A stretch of 64,000 nt of DNA from Macrostomum lignano. Lineage: Eukaryota. Position numbers and translations under genes: made by a program. Positions 28,884 to 40,541 of this stretch are shown piece after piece (the stretch's first letter is position 1; every line of letters begins with the position of its first letter). The stretch spans positions 62,001 through 126,000 of the forward strand of contig NIVC01002503.1 in assembly GCA_002269645.1 (NCBI GenBank), in the 5' to 3' direction. The notes under the pieces were generated by a model. The model was not told where the DNA came from. It saw only the letters and a list, made by a program, of their open reading frames with translations, and made no database searches.

Positions 28884-31800
28884 ATGTCTGAGCGTTCAGC
28901 CCTGCTGACGGGTCAGCCAGACAATGGCGAGGACGGACCAGAATGGGCCTATCAGGACGACAGGCCCAACGCTATGAGTCAGTCTATTAATAACGACAGC
29001 CTAGAAGCGTCCGACCCGCATGGATTGGACAATTCTAGAAATTCGTACGTTGCTTTCTTATCAAATAAAAATCGATTATTTTATTGTCTAAACATAGCTA
29101 AGCAGGGTTTAGATCTGCAATGTCAAATTTTCATTTGATATAAAAATATGAAATCCCAACCCAAACCCTTTTACCCTAGCCCACGACCCTATTTACCCTA
29201 GCCCAGACCCTATTTACCCTAGCCCAGACCCTATTTACCCTAGCCCAGACCCTATTTACCCTAGCCCAGACCCTATTTACCCTAACCCAGACCCTATTTA
29301 CCCTAGCCCAGACCCTATTTACCCTAGCCCAGACCCTATTTACCCTAGCCCAGACCCTATTTACCCTAGCCCAGACCCTATTTACCCTAGCCCAGACCCT
29401 ATTTACCCTTCCCAGACCCTATTTACCCTTGCCCAGACCCTATTACCCTAATCCAGACCCTTTTACCCTAACCCAGACCCTATTTACCCTAACTCAGATC
29501 TACCTTGTATATGATAATATTTATATGATTATATTTCAGCAACATGTCGAGCCTAATGAACGTTCTGAAAGGCAACCTGGGCACTGGAATACTTGCCATG
29601 CCCGTGGCTGTTAAAAATCTTGGCTTTTTAGTAAGTTCTACTATAGGTTTATATTATATTTAGGGAATATTATGATTCATCCGTTTAATAATGATTTATT
29701 ATCAAATTTGCAGCTCGGGCCATTGACAATACTCGCCATAGGTTGCATTGCCACCCACAGCATGCATTTGTTGGTGCGGTCTGCTCAGTACTTGCGTCGA
29801 ATGTAAGCCTCTTCTTCTTAGTGCGCTTTCTTCGACTTGTCTGGTAACCAATTTTTATTTGTTATCGTTTTTAGCAAACGCGTGTCCTACTTAGACTACT
29901 CGCAAGTAATGTACGAAGCAACTTTGCAACGATTTCCTGGCCGGGATAAACTAGCAAATGTTCTTAAGTGAGTTTTTTAATGATCGTTTTGACTTATTTC
30001 TAAGAAAATTCTGTAGAATTGTTCAGTAATAATTAATTGCCAAGTTGTTTATTTTAGACTGGTCACTGCACTGTCATCGTTAAGACTTTTAAGCATGGTT
30101 AAGACTTTTATTAGGACAAATTGGGTATCAGTTTACTTTTCCGTTTTTTTATTTTGGCTTGTTACCCAGTTACGAGTTGATAGTTACGAGTGGTTACTTG
30201 AGACTATCTCACTATCATATTAATAATATTTCAGAATTTCATCACCACAAATATGTTTATCGTTAGGAGATACAAATATTTGTTTGCTGAATTTTTCATA
30301 GCGCATAGGGTGGAATCCAAGACAAGTACTGAGGTAGACTTTCAGACAGGTGCTGAGGCAGACTCGAAGACAGGTACTGAGGCAGACTCCAAGACAGGTA
30401 CTAAGACAGAACTCCAAGACATGTAAGACAGGTACTTACTGAGGTAGACTCCAAGACAGGTACTAAGACAGACTACAAGACAGGTACTGAGATCGACTCC
30501 AAGACAGGTACTGAGGCAGACTCCAAGACAGGTACTGAGGCAGACTCCAAGACAGGTACTGAGGCAGACTCCAAGACAGGTACTGAGGAAGACTCCAAGA
30601 CAGGTACTGAGGCAGACTCCAAGACAGGTACTGAGGTAGACTCCAAGACAGGTACTGAAGTAGAGTCCAGGAAAACTACTAAGGCAATTGTGTAATGGTT
30701 CATTGGTAGCATTTTAAGTTTGCTGTAATTTTGCTATTTGTCTAGCAGCTTAACCCACGAAGGACTTTGAGCCGGGCTACCCCTAACCGTGCCATATATA
30801 TGCTCATATGGTGTTATTAACTACATGCGTTTTCAATTATTGTTCTAACGCCACTAAACTCGGGCGCATTCAGGTCATTCGTGAACGTTTCATTATTGAT
30901 AACGCAAATTGGATTCTGCTGCGTGTACATCCTGTTCGTGTCGGATAATTTGCACCAGCTAGTCGACTGCAACCTGCAGCCGGGCTCCTCTAATTGGGAT
31001 GTAAATATCTATAAGGTTCTGGTGATGGTCTGCCTTCTGCCCTACGTGTTCGTTCGGAATCTTAGACTGCTGAGCTACTTCTCAATGCTGGCTAATGTGA
31101 TGACCGCTATTGGATTGGTCCTCGTATTTACCTACTGCTTGCAGGTCAGAATTGTGGCTGTGTTTTTTGCCTCCGTGTTTATCTACTTGTTTCAGTTTTT
31201 GTTTGTTGCTTTCCTCTCTATGATTCAGATTTTTCGTTTCTAATTTCGCGATTGTCTTTATATTTTTATTACTAATCTATTAATATCTACTCACGTTAGA
31301 CATTAATACTCTTATTAAGCAGCTCGTATTCTAACATTTAATTTTATAAGCTAAGCTAAATATGATTTCACGTTTGATTTGCATTTCTAATGTCATTATT
31401 TAATCGCATGTCTACTTGATGGCAAGTTTGTCTGTTTAATATTGGGTCGAACAATAAATATGCTACTACTAGTAATAGGTTACTTAACTCAGTAGTTTTG
31501 TTTGATACAATACAATAGGATACTTTTTTGTATGGCTTCCTACTTTTGTTATTACTTTATCTACTAACGCAAGCTCCGCTACTTTTTCTACAACTAAATT
31601 TTATGGCCCCGGGCATGGACTGGGGGGGGGGTTAATTCAGCTGCTGCGTCCTTAATGTACATTACCGGTCACGCTAGCCTATGTACACTAGTGGTTAGAT
31701 TGTGAATTCTCTGCCCCTATTTTATTGCCCATCGTGTCACGTTCCCCGGGCCTGCAATGTACATTATCCTCCGCTCAAACATATGTACATTAGTCGGACA

Positions 31801-33400
31801 ATTTAAAATCTCTACCCCACCCGTGCTGTATTGCCCATCCTCACGCCCTTGTTACTTTTTTTAGCTACGTACAGTGTGTCATTATTATCAACCACGCTAC
31901 AGCTAATCGCATATTCGCATCTTTCGAAGTGTTTGATGCGTTAGTAGCTTAATTAAATTAATTGATCTTATTATTTATACAGGATCTGCCAGACTACAGA
32001 GAATACGCGTTAATAAAGCCGGTCAATCTGTGGCCAATAGCATTCGGTTTAATTATATTCGCATTCGAAGGCATTTCGCTAGTATTGCCAATCGAGTCCC
32101 GTATGCACAGGCCGGAGGAGTTTGGCGGCTTTACCGGCGTACTACAGCTGGGCATGACCATTGTGACGTGCTCCTACACTGCTGTTGGATTCTACGGCTA
32201 TTTGAAATTCAACGAAAGCGTGCAAGGCTCCATCACCTATACGATTAATGACAAGTTGTGGGTCTACCAGCTCATCAGGCCGCTGTTTGCCGCTTCGCTG
32301 TACATCTCCTACGGGCTGCAGTTCTACGTGCCGGCTGTTATCATTGTCGGCTGGGCCAACGCTCGAATTTTCGGCCCATGGCGTCGGCAAGTTGCCGAAG
32401 CCGCCATCAGGATCGGCCTGGTGCTGTTCACCTTCGCGGCCGCCGTTGTTGTGCCTCACCTGGATTTAATGATTGCTCTCATTGGCGCATTCAGCAGCTC
32501 TTGTCTGGCTTTGATCTTTCCGCCTATCATTGATTACATGGTGTTTAGCGGCCCCATTGTAGGTGAGTGATTCTGAGACGCCAGATCTAAATGTACTTTT
32601 AAAAGTACTTTATTATACATTTGATTGATTAATATCCATTACCGATTGTTAATTACTCTGTAATGAGATTTTATGGCTAGACTCTCGCGCCACACGACAT
32701 CCTGGTTCGATTCCATGCTCAAACACTTCCATTTGTGGCTTGTTGCATGCGCAACTCCCCCTCTGATTTACACCGGCCTTGCAACTTACTTTGTTATCAA
32801 AAATGCAACTTAGCTACCAATAAAAAAACTAAGCCAAACCTAACGAAGTTTTGGGTAAACGGCAGGAGTAACTAGACTGTAGTTCTAAAAGCTAAATGCC
32901 TCGTCATCTAATTAGTAAATAGTGCATATTTGTTTTGTTTTATCGGGCGGACATTTTTGCGACTTAACCTTGGCTGGCCCCTTCGCCAGCCGGCCGAACC
33001 GGCCGGGTGTTCCGAATGTATGTTGAATGTGCTCACGAATCAGCAGAATGTGCAGAATAACCTTAGCGCTGTGTGGTTGTGGGATCATGTCGCTGAAGGC
33101 CCCACAGCCCTCTTGCGAATATTGCACGCCAAACCCCCATTGTTTACAGAATCCGACGATTACAACGTAACAGACGAACCAGGCTCAGCTTCGGCCTCAT
33201 CGTCTAGCCGGAATTCCGCCTGCTCTCACGCTAAGAACCTGTTCATCGTGTCCTTCGGCCTGATGGGCTTTGTTATTGGCACCCTGACTACCTTGATCAG
33301 CATTGTTGATACCTTTCAACAGTCGTCGAATTCCACCGCTCCGTTTGTCTGCTCGCCGCCTGCACACCTGGCGGGCGCGACCGACTTCGGCGATCTCTAG
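28884..33400 (+). CDS. SLC36A: Proton-coupled amino-acid transporter (SLC36/PAT family). Exons 28884-29044, 29540-29630, 29714-29802, 29875-29967, 30874-31144, 31983-32562, 33150-33400
   Basis: All six introns are GT-AG and phase-compatible. Family motifs: LKGNLGTGILAMP, TQIGFCCVYILF, FGLIIFAFEGISLVLPIE, GFYGYLKF, GLQFYVP, VPHLDLMIALIGAFSSSCLALIFPP. Confidence 0.93.
29160..29495. repeat. 21-bp minisatellite (CCCTATTTACCCTAGCCCAGA), telomere-like, in SLC36 intron 1
   Basis: Direct reading. Some units contain CCCTAA. Confidence 0.93.
30320..30665. repeat. 24-bp minisatellite (CCAAGACAGGTACTGAGGCAGACT) in SLC36 intron 4
   Basis: Direct reading. Confidence 0.93.
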
Positions 33401-33658
33401 CAGTGATGTGCAGCGGCTGCAGTCGGTTATTATATTGAAATTAAAGTGAACAGTTTTTTGTTTTAATTTGTGCGAAAAAAACACGTATTGAAGGCTGGAA
33501 ATTCAACTTTTAATTTAGATTTTAAAAAATTAATCCTAAATTTATGTATTTGCGAGAAAGACATCAAATCCAGCCTTCAAAACGTTTTCCTAGAATCAGG
33601 CTGAACAAATCTTGCTTAAAATCTGCTGTCAGAAACACAGGTTCTAAAATAACTACCG

Positions 33659-34085
33659 TAGATGGGCCACTCGGGCATATATACTTAGTAAAACAGCTTT
33701 CTACTTTCAGTAGTTCAGTAGCAAAGAAAGAATAAAGTTATTTTATAAAAATAAAGGCAGTTGTAATGAATTTGATAAGTTTAGAATCCCAACCTTCCAG
33801 GCGTAAACAGCTTACTAATTGGTTCAGCAATAATGTACATTGGCCAGTCCACTGAAATGTACATGGCAGCTTTAGGCTGGAATTCCGAGAAAGGCAATAA
33901 AAATTGGAGCCGGCGGGGCGGGGGTAGAGTGGAAAGGCGCGGTTGGAGGGTTTAAGCTGGGCTGGGGGGGGGGGGTAAGAGCCAATAAATGAGCCTTGGC
34001 TTTAAAAAGACAATAAAATGCTTCTGTTTAACTTACTACTGAACTGAAAGTAGCTTACACGCAAATGTGCTGAGTGGCCCATCTA
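33659..34085. mobile_element. Probable MITE, ~427 bp
   Basis: 14-bp perfect inverted ends (TAGATGGGCCACTC ... GAGTGGCCCATCTA) plus a second inverted block (CTACTTTCAG/TTCAGTAG). The terminal TA could be the TSD. Confidence 0.6.
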
Positions 34086-35139
34086 GTTATTCCAGTATCT
34101 GTGAACGTCAAATGCCACTGTGCTAAAATTAAAATCATATCTTAATGAGTTTTCAATACGGATAAATTTGCTTATCAAACTATTAAAGCTGTTCGTAAAT
34201 ATTTTTTTATTTCATTTCGACAGTTAATTATCCGAGTAATTTTGCTACGCATAATTAATTAGCTAGTTTGTATTAACTAAAACCGTGTCCAGGTGCTGTC
34301 CTGCCCTATTGATTCCCAATTCTGATTGCATGTTATTTTATGCATATAATATAACCAAAGTAATGATTATTGAACTTCAATTTTGCACTGAAAACATGCT
34401 GCTGAATATTTTTGCACACTATAAATTTCGTTTAAGTGATCTGCCTGATCTGCAATTTTGCTCGAAGTTCTGCTTAAGTAGCTTCGCCAGATTTCGCCAG
34501 GCTTTCATCATCTGATTTTCTAATATTGCTACTGAATTGCTAGTTTTACAATGTTTTTCGAGTAGTATTTGTCGATCATGCTGCATTGGTTAATTATAAA
34601 ATGATTGTTTTAAATAAATTAATATTAAATCGAATATATCAGTTCGGTTTTGGGTTTCTTAGAAAATATCGTTTGTTTTAACGCGTCTCTTTCCTGCGCC
34701 GCCCCCGCCGCCGCCGCCCTGCTTCAATATCAACAATGCGCTGACTCTCTAGCATGTCTATCTGTCGGTATGTCATAGTCTGCATGTACTTTGTGGGCAA
34801 CAGAAAAAATCTCAGTTTTTCTAAGTCTTTTCGGTGCGTTGTCGCATTACACAGTGCTTTTTTAAAGAAAGATTTTCAAGCCTATTCCACCCAGTTTTAC
34901 CTATAATTCGTTGCTAATATCAGAGAATAAAGTATATTTAATAAATTTATTTATTATGTTTTCTAATCAATGAATAAATAATTCCTGTTTTATTGATGAC
35001 TCAATAAGTTCGAAAAATCCTAATTTTTATATATGGCTGGCTAATCTATGTTTTGCGTGTTAGTTTTTAATCATATGAGTACCCGTGTATCATTTTATGA
35101 GGACTTCGGAATATTGAATATTTAAAATAGTTATTCGGA

Positions 35140-36197
35140 ACTGACCTAGGTTCCAAAGTGAACCAGGTGCTTAAGGTTCGGGTTCTAAGGTAGACCAGGT
35201 GCTTAAGGTTCGGGTTCTAAGGTAGACCAGTTGCTTAAGGTTCGGGTTCTAAGGTAGACCAGGTGCTTAAGGTTCGGTTTCTAAGGTAGACCAGGTGCTT
35301 AAGGTTCGGGTTCTAAGGTAGACCAGGTGCTTAAGGTTTGGGTTCTAAGATAGACCAGGTGCTTAAGGTTTGGGTTCTAAGGTAGACCAGGTGCTTAAGG
35401 TTTGGGTTCTAAGGTAGACCAGGTGCTTAAGGTTTGGGTTCTAAGGTAGACCAGGTGCTTAAGGTTTGGGTTATAAGGTAGACCAGGTGCTTAAGGTTTG
35501 GGTTCTAAGGTAGACCAGGTGCTTAAGGTTTGGGTTCTAAGGTAGACCAGGTGCTTAAGGTTTGGGTTCTAAGGTAGACCAGGTGCTTAAGGTTTGGGTT
35601 CTAAGGTAGACAAGGTGTTTAAGGTTTGGGTTCTAAGGTAGACCAGGTGCTTAAGGTTTGGGTTCTAAGGTAGACCAGGTGCTTAAGGTTTGGGTTCTAA
35701 GGTAGACCAGGTGCTTAAGGTTTGGGTTCTAAGGTAGACCAGGTGCTTAAGGTTTGGGTTCTAAGGTAGACCAGGTGTTTAAGGTTAGGGTTCTAAGGTA
35801 GACCAGGTGCTTAAGGTTTGGGTTCTAAGGTAGACCAGGTGCTTAAGGTTTGGGTTCTAAGGTAGACCAGGTGCTTAAGGTTTGGGTTCTAAGGTAGACC
35901 AGGTGTTTAAGGTTTGGGTTATAAGGTAGACCAGGTGCTTAAGGTTTGGGTTCTAAGGTAGACCAGGTGCTTAAGGTTTGGGTTCTAAGGTAGACCAGGT
36001 GCTTAAGGTTTGGGTTCTAAGGTAGACCAGGTGCTTAAGGTTTGGGTTCTAAGGTAGACCAGGTTTTTAAGGTTTGGGTTCTAAGGTAGACCAGGTGCTT
36101 AAGGTTTGGGTTCTAAGGTAGACCAGGTGTTTAAGGTTTGGGTTCTAAGGTAGACCAGGTGTTTAAGGTTTGGGTTCTAAGGTAGACCAGGTGTTTG
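35140..36197. repeat. 32-bp minisatellite (CCAGGTGCTTAAGGTTTGGGTTCTAAGGTAGA), ~32 copies
   Basis: Direct reading. Confidence 0.97.
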
Positions 36198-36580
36198 AGG
36201 TCCTCAGCATGGAAAATGGTTTGCAAGGTAAATCCAGAAGCTCACATCCGGTGTGCAGTAAAATATACTTGTTCAGAATGATGTACATGTAAATCAGATG
36301 AGTGTGCAAGGTTCGGCAGAAAATGCTATATTAATAGATTGCTAAAGGGAGGCTCATCTACTGCATGCATGCACCTGCATGACGCACATTTTATCGATAC
36401 TGTGCACTGAAAGTTTACTTGTACCTTGTCCGCGCTCTGGCTCTGTACAAGTTAGCACAGGTAAATAAATATATTAGCCAAATTCTTATCTGGCATGAGA
36501 TTTAAAATGAACTGATTAAGGGTCAAGTCCATTTAAATGGTTGGGCATTCAAAGGTGACGACATACTGTATTTGATAGTC

Positions 36581-38818
36581 ATGAATCTTTTATATTTCAA
36601 CCTGCGCCTACTGGCTACGCAGTTAATGGCAGTATTAATTACGGCCACATCAAAGGCCTCGCCGCCAACAGTATCGGCAGCTGCGGCGGTGTGCGCTGAG
36701 CAGCTCAGCAGTTGCTCGTGTCGACTCACGGACGGCCAGTTTATTGATTTGTCACCGCTACAGTCAACACCTGGTCCGGCGTTTAATTATAAAGCGGCAG
36801 ATGGGTATACTTATCAGTTTAATCCCTGCCTGCCGTTCCAGTGCAGCTCTGGCCAAACTGATGGCGCAGTTTGCCAGGAAATGCTTCGCATTATCTATGT
36901 GAGTGAAAATCCTTGCTTTATGGTTAGGGTGTATCTTCAGGTGGTTTCCCAGTTCGGTTCAAGTGTTCTTCAGCGAGTTTCCCAGTTCTCTTCAGGGGTG
37001 TCTTCAGCGAGTTTCCCAGTTCTCTTCAGGGGTGTCTTCAGCGAGTTTCCCAGTTCTCTTCAGGGGTGTCTTCAGCGAGTTTCCCAGTTCTCTTCAGGGG
37101 TGTCTTCAGCGAGTTTCCCAGTTCTCTTCAGGGGTGTCTTCAGCGAGTTTCCCAGTTCTCTTCAGGGGTGTTTTCAGCTGGTTTCCCAGTTCGGTTCAAG
37201 TGTATCTTCAGCGAGTTTCCCAGTTCTCTTCAGGGGTGTCTTCAGCGAGTTTCCCAGTTCTCTTCAGGGGTGTTTTCAGCTGGTTTCCCAGTTCGGTTCA
37301 AGTGTATCTTCAGCGAGTTTCCCAGTTCTCTTCAGGGGTGTCTTCAGCGAGTTTCCCAGTTCTCTTCAGGGGTGTTTTCAGCTGGTTTCCCAGTTCGGTT
37401 CAAGTGTATCTTCAGCGAGTTTCCCAGTTCTCTTCAGGGGTGTCTTCAGCGAGTTTCCCAGTTCTCTTCAGGGGTGTTTTCAGCTGGTTTCCCAGTTCGG
37501 TTCAAGTGTATCTTCAGCGTGTTTCCCAGTTCTCTTCAGGGGTGTCTTCAGCGAGTTTCTCAGTTCACTCCAGAAGTGTCTTCAGCGAGTTTCCCAGTTC
37601 TCTTCAGGGGTGTCTTCAGCGGGTGTCCTAATTCATGTTAGGTGTGTACTCAGCGAGTTTTCCCAGTTCAGTTCAGGTGTGTCTTCAACGTGCTTCCCAG
37701 TTCCTTTCAGGTGTCTTCAGTGGGTTTCTCAGTTCATTTCAAATGAGCCACCTGCCTATTCACATTCGGATTTACACAGACATACACAGACTTTGGAGCG
37801 CAAAAGTCTGCCAAGTTTGGTATCGACCCAACCAACAGTCAGTTGTACCTCCGCTATCTCAGTGGAGATTCGACCCGAACTACAACTGTTAACTTGGTTT
37901 GCGATAAAAGTGAGTAATTTCAATCCACTTGTATAGCTCTCATTCTTTATTAGTCTGACCCTAATTTTTTTCTCGTCTGACTCTCATTCATTTTGGATTA
38001 ATTTGCAGCTGAGACTTTCGGAACTTCTGAATGCGAGGATATTGTTCTCGTAAATCTGGTGCTAGAATATATTAATATTATTATTAATAATAATTGACTA
38101 CAGCTGCCCTAATTGACTAAGGCTAATTGACTAAGGCTGCGTACGGCTGTTCAGTCTAAGGACTGGGGGGGGGGGTCGCCACGCACACACCCTCAATTAT
38201 CCCAGCTAATGCTGGGTGAACTGACGCAATGCAGAGTTAAGTGTCTTGCTTAAGGACACAAAATAGTTCCGAGTGGGTCGATGATCGAACTCCCGACCTT
38301 TCAGTCGTGGGACCGACGCTCCAACCACTAGGCTACAATTAGCCCCCTGCAGTGGTAGAAACAGTGCAGAGAAAGCAATCGCAATTGCAAGCGTCCTTCT
38401 TTGCGACTGGTCTGAATGTATAAAACTTGGCATAAAGTTTTGATAATTTTCCTCTGCAGACTCAGCAGAGTCGTCAGTGAGCACGCAGGGCGCCTCCGGC
38501 AACCAGCTAACTATGGATTTGAGAAGCCGCTATGCCTGTCCGACAGCCACAGACGGGTCAAACGGAGGAGGCATGAGCGGCGGAGATGTACTACTTATCA
38601 TTTTCTTCTGTCTGGTCACCGTCTACTTGCTGGCTGGGATATTGTTCAACCGCTATTCGAGACAACGATCCGGGCTCCAGATGGTGCCCAATTTGGAGTT
38701 CTGGATGTCACTGCCCGGGTTGGCAGCTGATGGCGCAGTTTTCACCTTTCTCGAACTGAAACGCCTGCTGGCTGGCAGGTGCAGGCGAGGCGGCGGAGAG
38801 TCCTACGATAGCATCTAG
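36581..38818 (+). CDS. MRH-domain type I membrane sorting receptor (cation-dependent M6P receptor / Atg27-like). Exons 36581-36898, 37780-37909, 38460-38818
   Basis: Signal-like N-terminus. MRH-type motifs IDLSPL, YQFNPC, RTTTVNLVCD and LRSRYACP. TM VLLIIFFCLVTVYLLAGILF and juxtamembrane GLQMVPNLEFWMSLPGLAADG (cf. M6PR [21 protein letters not shown]). Splice phases are compatible (0, 1). Confidence 0.82.
36930..37735. repeat. 34-bp minisatellite with higher-order structure, filling MRH-gene intron 1
   Basis: Unit A CAGCGAGTTTCCCAGTTCTCTTCAGGGGTGTCTT and unit B CAGCTGGTTTCCCAGTTCGGTTCAAGTGTATCTT, arranged as a 102-bp trimer in the centre. Confidence 0.93.
38175..38338 (-). mobile_element. tRNA-derived SINE with CORE-like central domain, in MRH-gene intron 2
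   Basis: The minus strand reads A box TAGCCTAGTGG, B-box-like GAGTTCGATC, then TGTGTCCTTAAGCAAGACACTTAACTCTG...TCAGTT, which resembles the CORE consensus TGTGACCTTGGGCAAGTCACTTAACCTCT...TCAGTTT. Confidence 0.75.
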
Positions 38819-38832
38819 TAGTATTTAACTAG

Positions 38833-39050
38833 TGAAAGCCGATATGTATCGAAAAATGTAAAACTGCAGAAATAAAGCCGATATGTATCGAAAACAAATA
38901 AAATTGCAGAAAGAAAGCCGATATGTATCGAAAACAAATAAAACTGCAGAAACAAAGCCGATATGTATCGAAAACTATTAAAATTGCAGAAACAAAGCCG
39001 ATATGTATCGAAAATATTAAAATTGCAGAAACAAAGCCGATATGTATCGA
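38833..39050. repeat. 39-40-bp tandem repeat (6 copies) immediately after the MRH-gene stop
   Basis: AAAGCCGATATGTATCG recurs at 39-40-bp spacing. Several units contain AATAAA. Confidence 0.9.
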
Positions 39051-39351
39051 CTTCTCAAATTCTCAAATCTCAAATCTCAAATTTAGACTTAGAAACAATT
39101 CTTATAAATTTTTTGTCACAGAGAGACATCAATATTTGAACAAGAATAAATTGTTAAATAGGATAGAATGAATTAGACAGAAATAACAAAACTATAATTA
39201 AGATTGCAAGCACGTACTGACAACAGAAGATAAAAACGGGGCACTGCAATATGTATCAAGGGCGAGGCCTCTAGTAAGTAATTCATAATCTGCATTACCT
39301 CTTCGGTAAACTGAATATAGTGTAGTTCGTACATGCATATTGTTACATGCG

Positions 39352-39550
39352 GGTGCTGAGACCCTATGCTGAGACCCTATGCTTAGACCCTATGCTTAGA
39401 CCCTTATGCTTAGACCCTTAGGAGACCCTTATGCTTAATATAGACCCTTATGCTTAGACCCTGTGCTTAGACCCTATGCTTAGACCCTTATGCTTACACC
39501 CTTATGCTTAGACCCTGTGCTTAGACCCTATGCTTAGACCCTATGCATAT
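39352..39550. repeat. 13-bp satellite (CTTAGACCCTATG), array 1
   Basis: Direct reading. Confidence 0.93.
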
Positions 39551-39551
39551 A

Positions 39552-39662
39552 GACTCCCAGCGACATGTCTGTCTCAAGCCAAAGTGCTTCTAGCAGCTTC
39601 TACTATGCTTCTTTCGGCGGCTGTTTTACTGAGCTATCTATCGATAACTCGATGAATCGAGA
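39552..39662 (-). pseudogene. Fragment: 5' flank plus first codons (MSLGV) of a lectin paralogue
   Basis: Near-identical to 40529-40638. Confidence 0.85.
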
Positions 39663-39664
39663 AA

Positions 39665-39760
39665 TTTTAGACCCTATGCTCAGACCTTTTGCTCAGACCC
39701 TATGCTCAGACCTTTTACTCAGACCCTATGCTCAGACCCTGTCACCCTATGCTCAGGCTC
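39665..39760. repeat. 13-bp satellite (CTCAGACCCTATG), array 2
   Basis: Direct reading. Confidence 0.9.
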
Positions 39761-39776
39761 AATGCTTCGGGTCAAC

Positions 39777-40541
39777 TCAGTCGAACGGCGACAGGCACTC
39801 GCACAGAACTCCTTGCACGTCGAAGGCCTCATAGTAAAAGTCTCCAATTCCTGTTCCCCACTGGCCAGCAAAGTTCTCGAATTCCGGTTTGTAGTTTCCA
39901 GGCTGACCAGCTGTTCACAGACTGGCATCGATGGAGATGTTGCAGGGCTGCCAGCTCCAGCCGCCAGCCGGTTCAGCACTGCCAGGAGCCTGAGCTCCGC
40001 CGAGAAACATGCCTCCGATTCCTGTCATGTACTTGGCGAACAGCAACTGCATGTGCTGGTTCTCCGTCTCGCTGGTAATGTCCGACATCATCGCTAAGCC
40101 TTCGTCACTGTTGCACCTGTCTCTGCCATTGTACCAGCTCATGATTGCCGGGCTGGTAACATGATGCGTCTTGTACTTCACTCCGCACAGGTCGTCTCCG
40201 TAGCCAGACGGACACAGCGCGCCCGCCTCGAGTCCCGGCTGCTGCTTCACAAACACCCGGCCTCTCCTGGAGCAGCCGCAGTCCCTCACCGACTTGCTGC
40301 ACTTGTCGAACACGAACAGCTGGCACGGACCGTCAGCCAGGCCGAACGCCTGACAGCGCGGGTTGCGGCTGCACAGAGCGGCACAGCCGATCTCAGAGTG
40401 CGAGCCACCTGGAGTTTCAATGAAGTCGCTCCTGATGCACAGGTAGCCTTCGATGAGGCTGAAGGAGCCGGATGCGTTGCCCAGCGGCGGCAGAGCAGCG
40501 AGTAGCAGGACCAGCAGACATAGCGGGACTCCCAGCGACAT
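39777..40541 (-). pseudogene. Secreted PAN/apple + C-type lectin-domain gene, intronless, with an in-frame TGA at 39915-39917
   Basis: Signal peptide, PAN-like CAALCSRNPRCQAF...CQLF, and CTLD SWYNGRDRC...FLGG...WSWQ. The frame continues after the TGA as TAGQPGN...GVLCECLSPFD* to 39777. Confidence 0.8.

Noticed and set aside
29160-29495. True telomere or chromosome end
   Set aside because: It is a 21-bp composite unit inside an intron with phase-compatible exons on both sides.
35140-36197. CRISPR-like 32-bp periodic array (also the 38-bp and 45-bp arrays)
   Set aside because: Units are contiguous with no unique spacers, there are no cas genes, and the context is eukaryotic.
36899-37779. Repetitive continuation of the 454-aa ORF 36572-37936
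   Set aside because: It is read-through into a GT-AG intron filled by the 34-bp satellite. Splicing restores the MRH domain.
38255-38338. tRNA gene
   Set aside because: A and B boxes are present but there is no closed cloverleaf, and it continues into a CORE-like body, so it is called a SINE.
39915-39917. Selenocysteine recoding of the lectin TGA
   Set aside because: The position corresponds to Trp, not Cys. The region after the true stop is a 13-bp satellite with no SECIS-like stem-loop that I could see.
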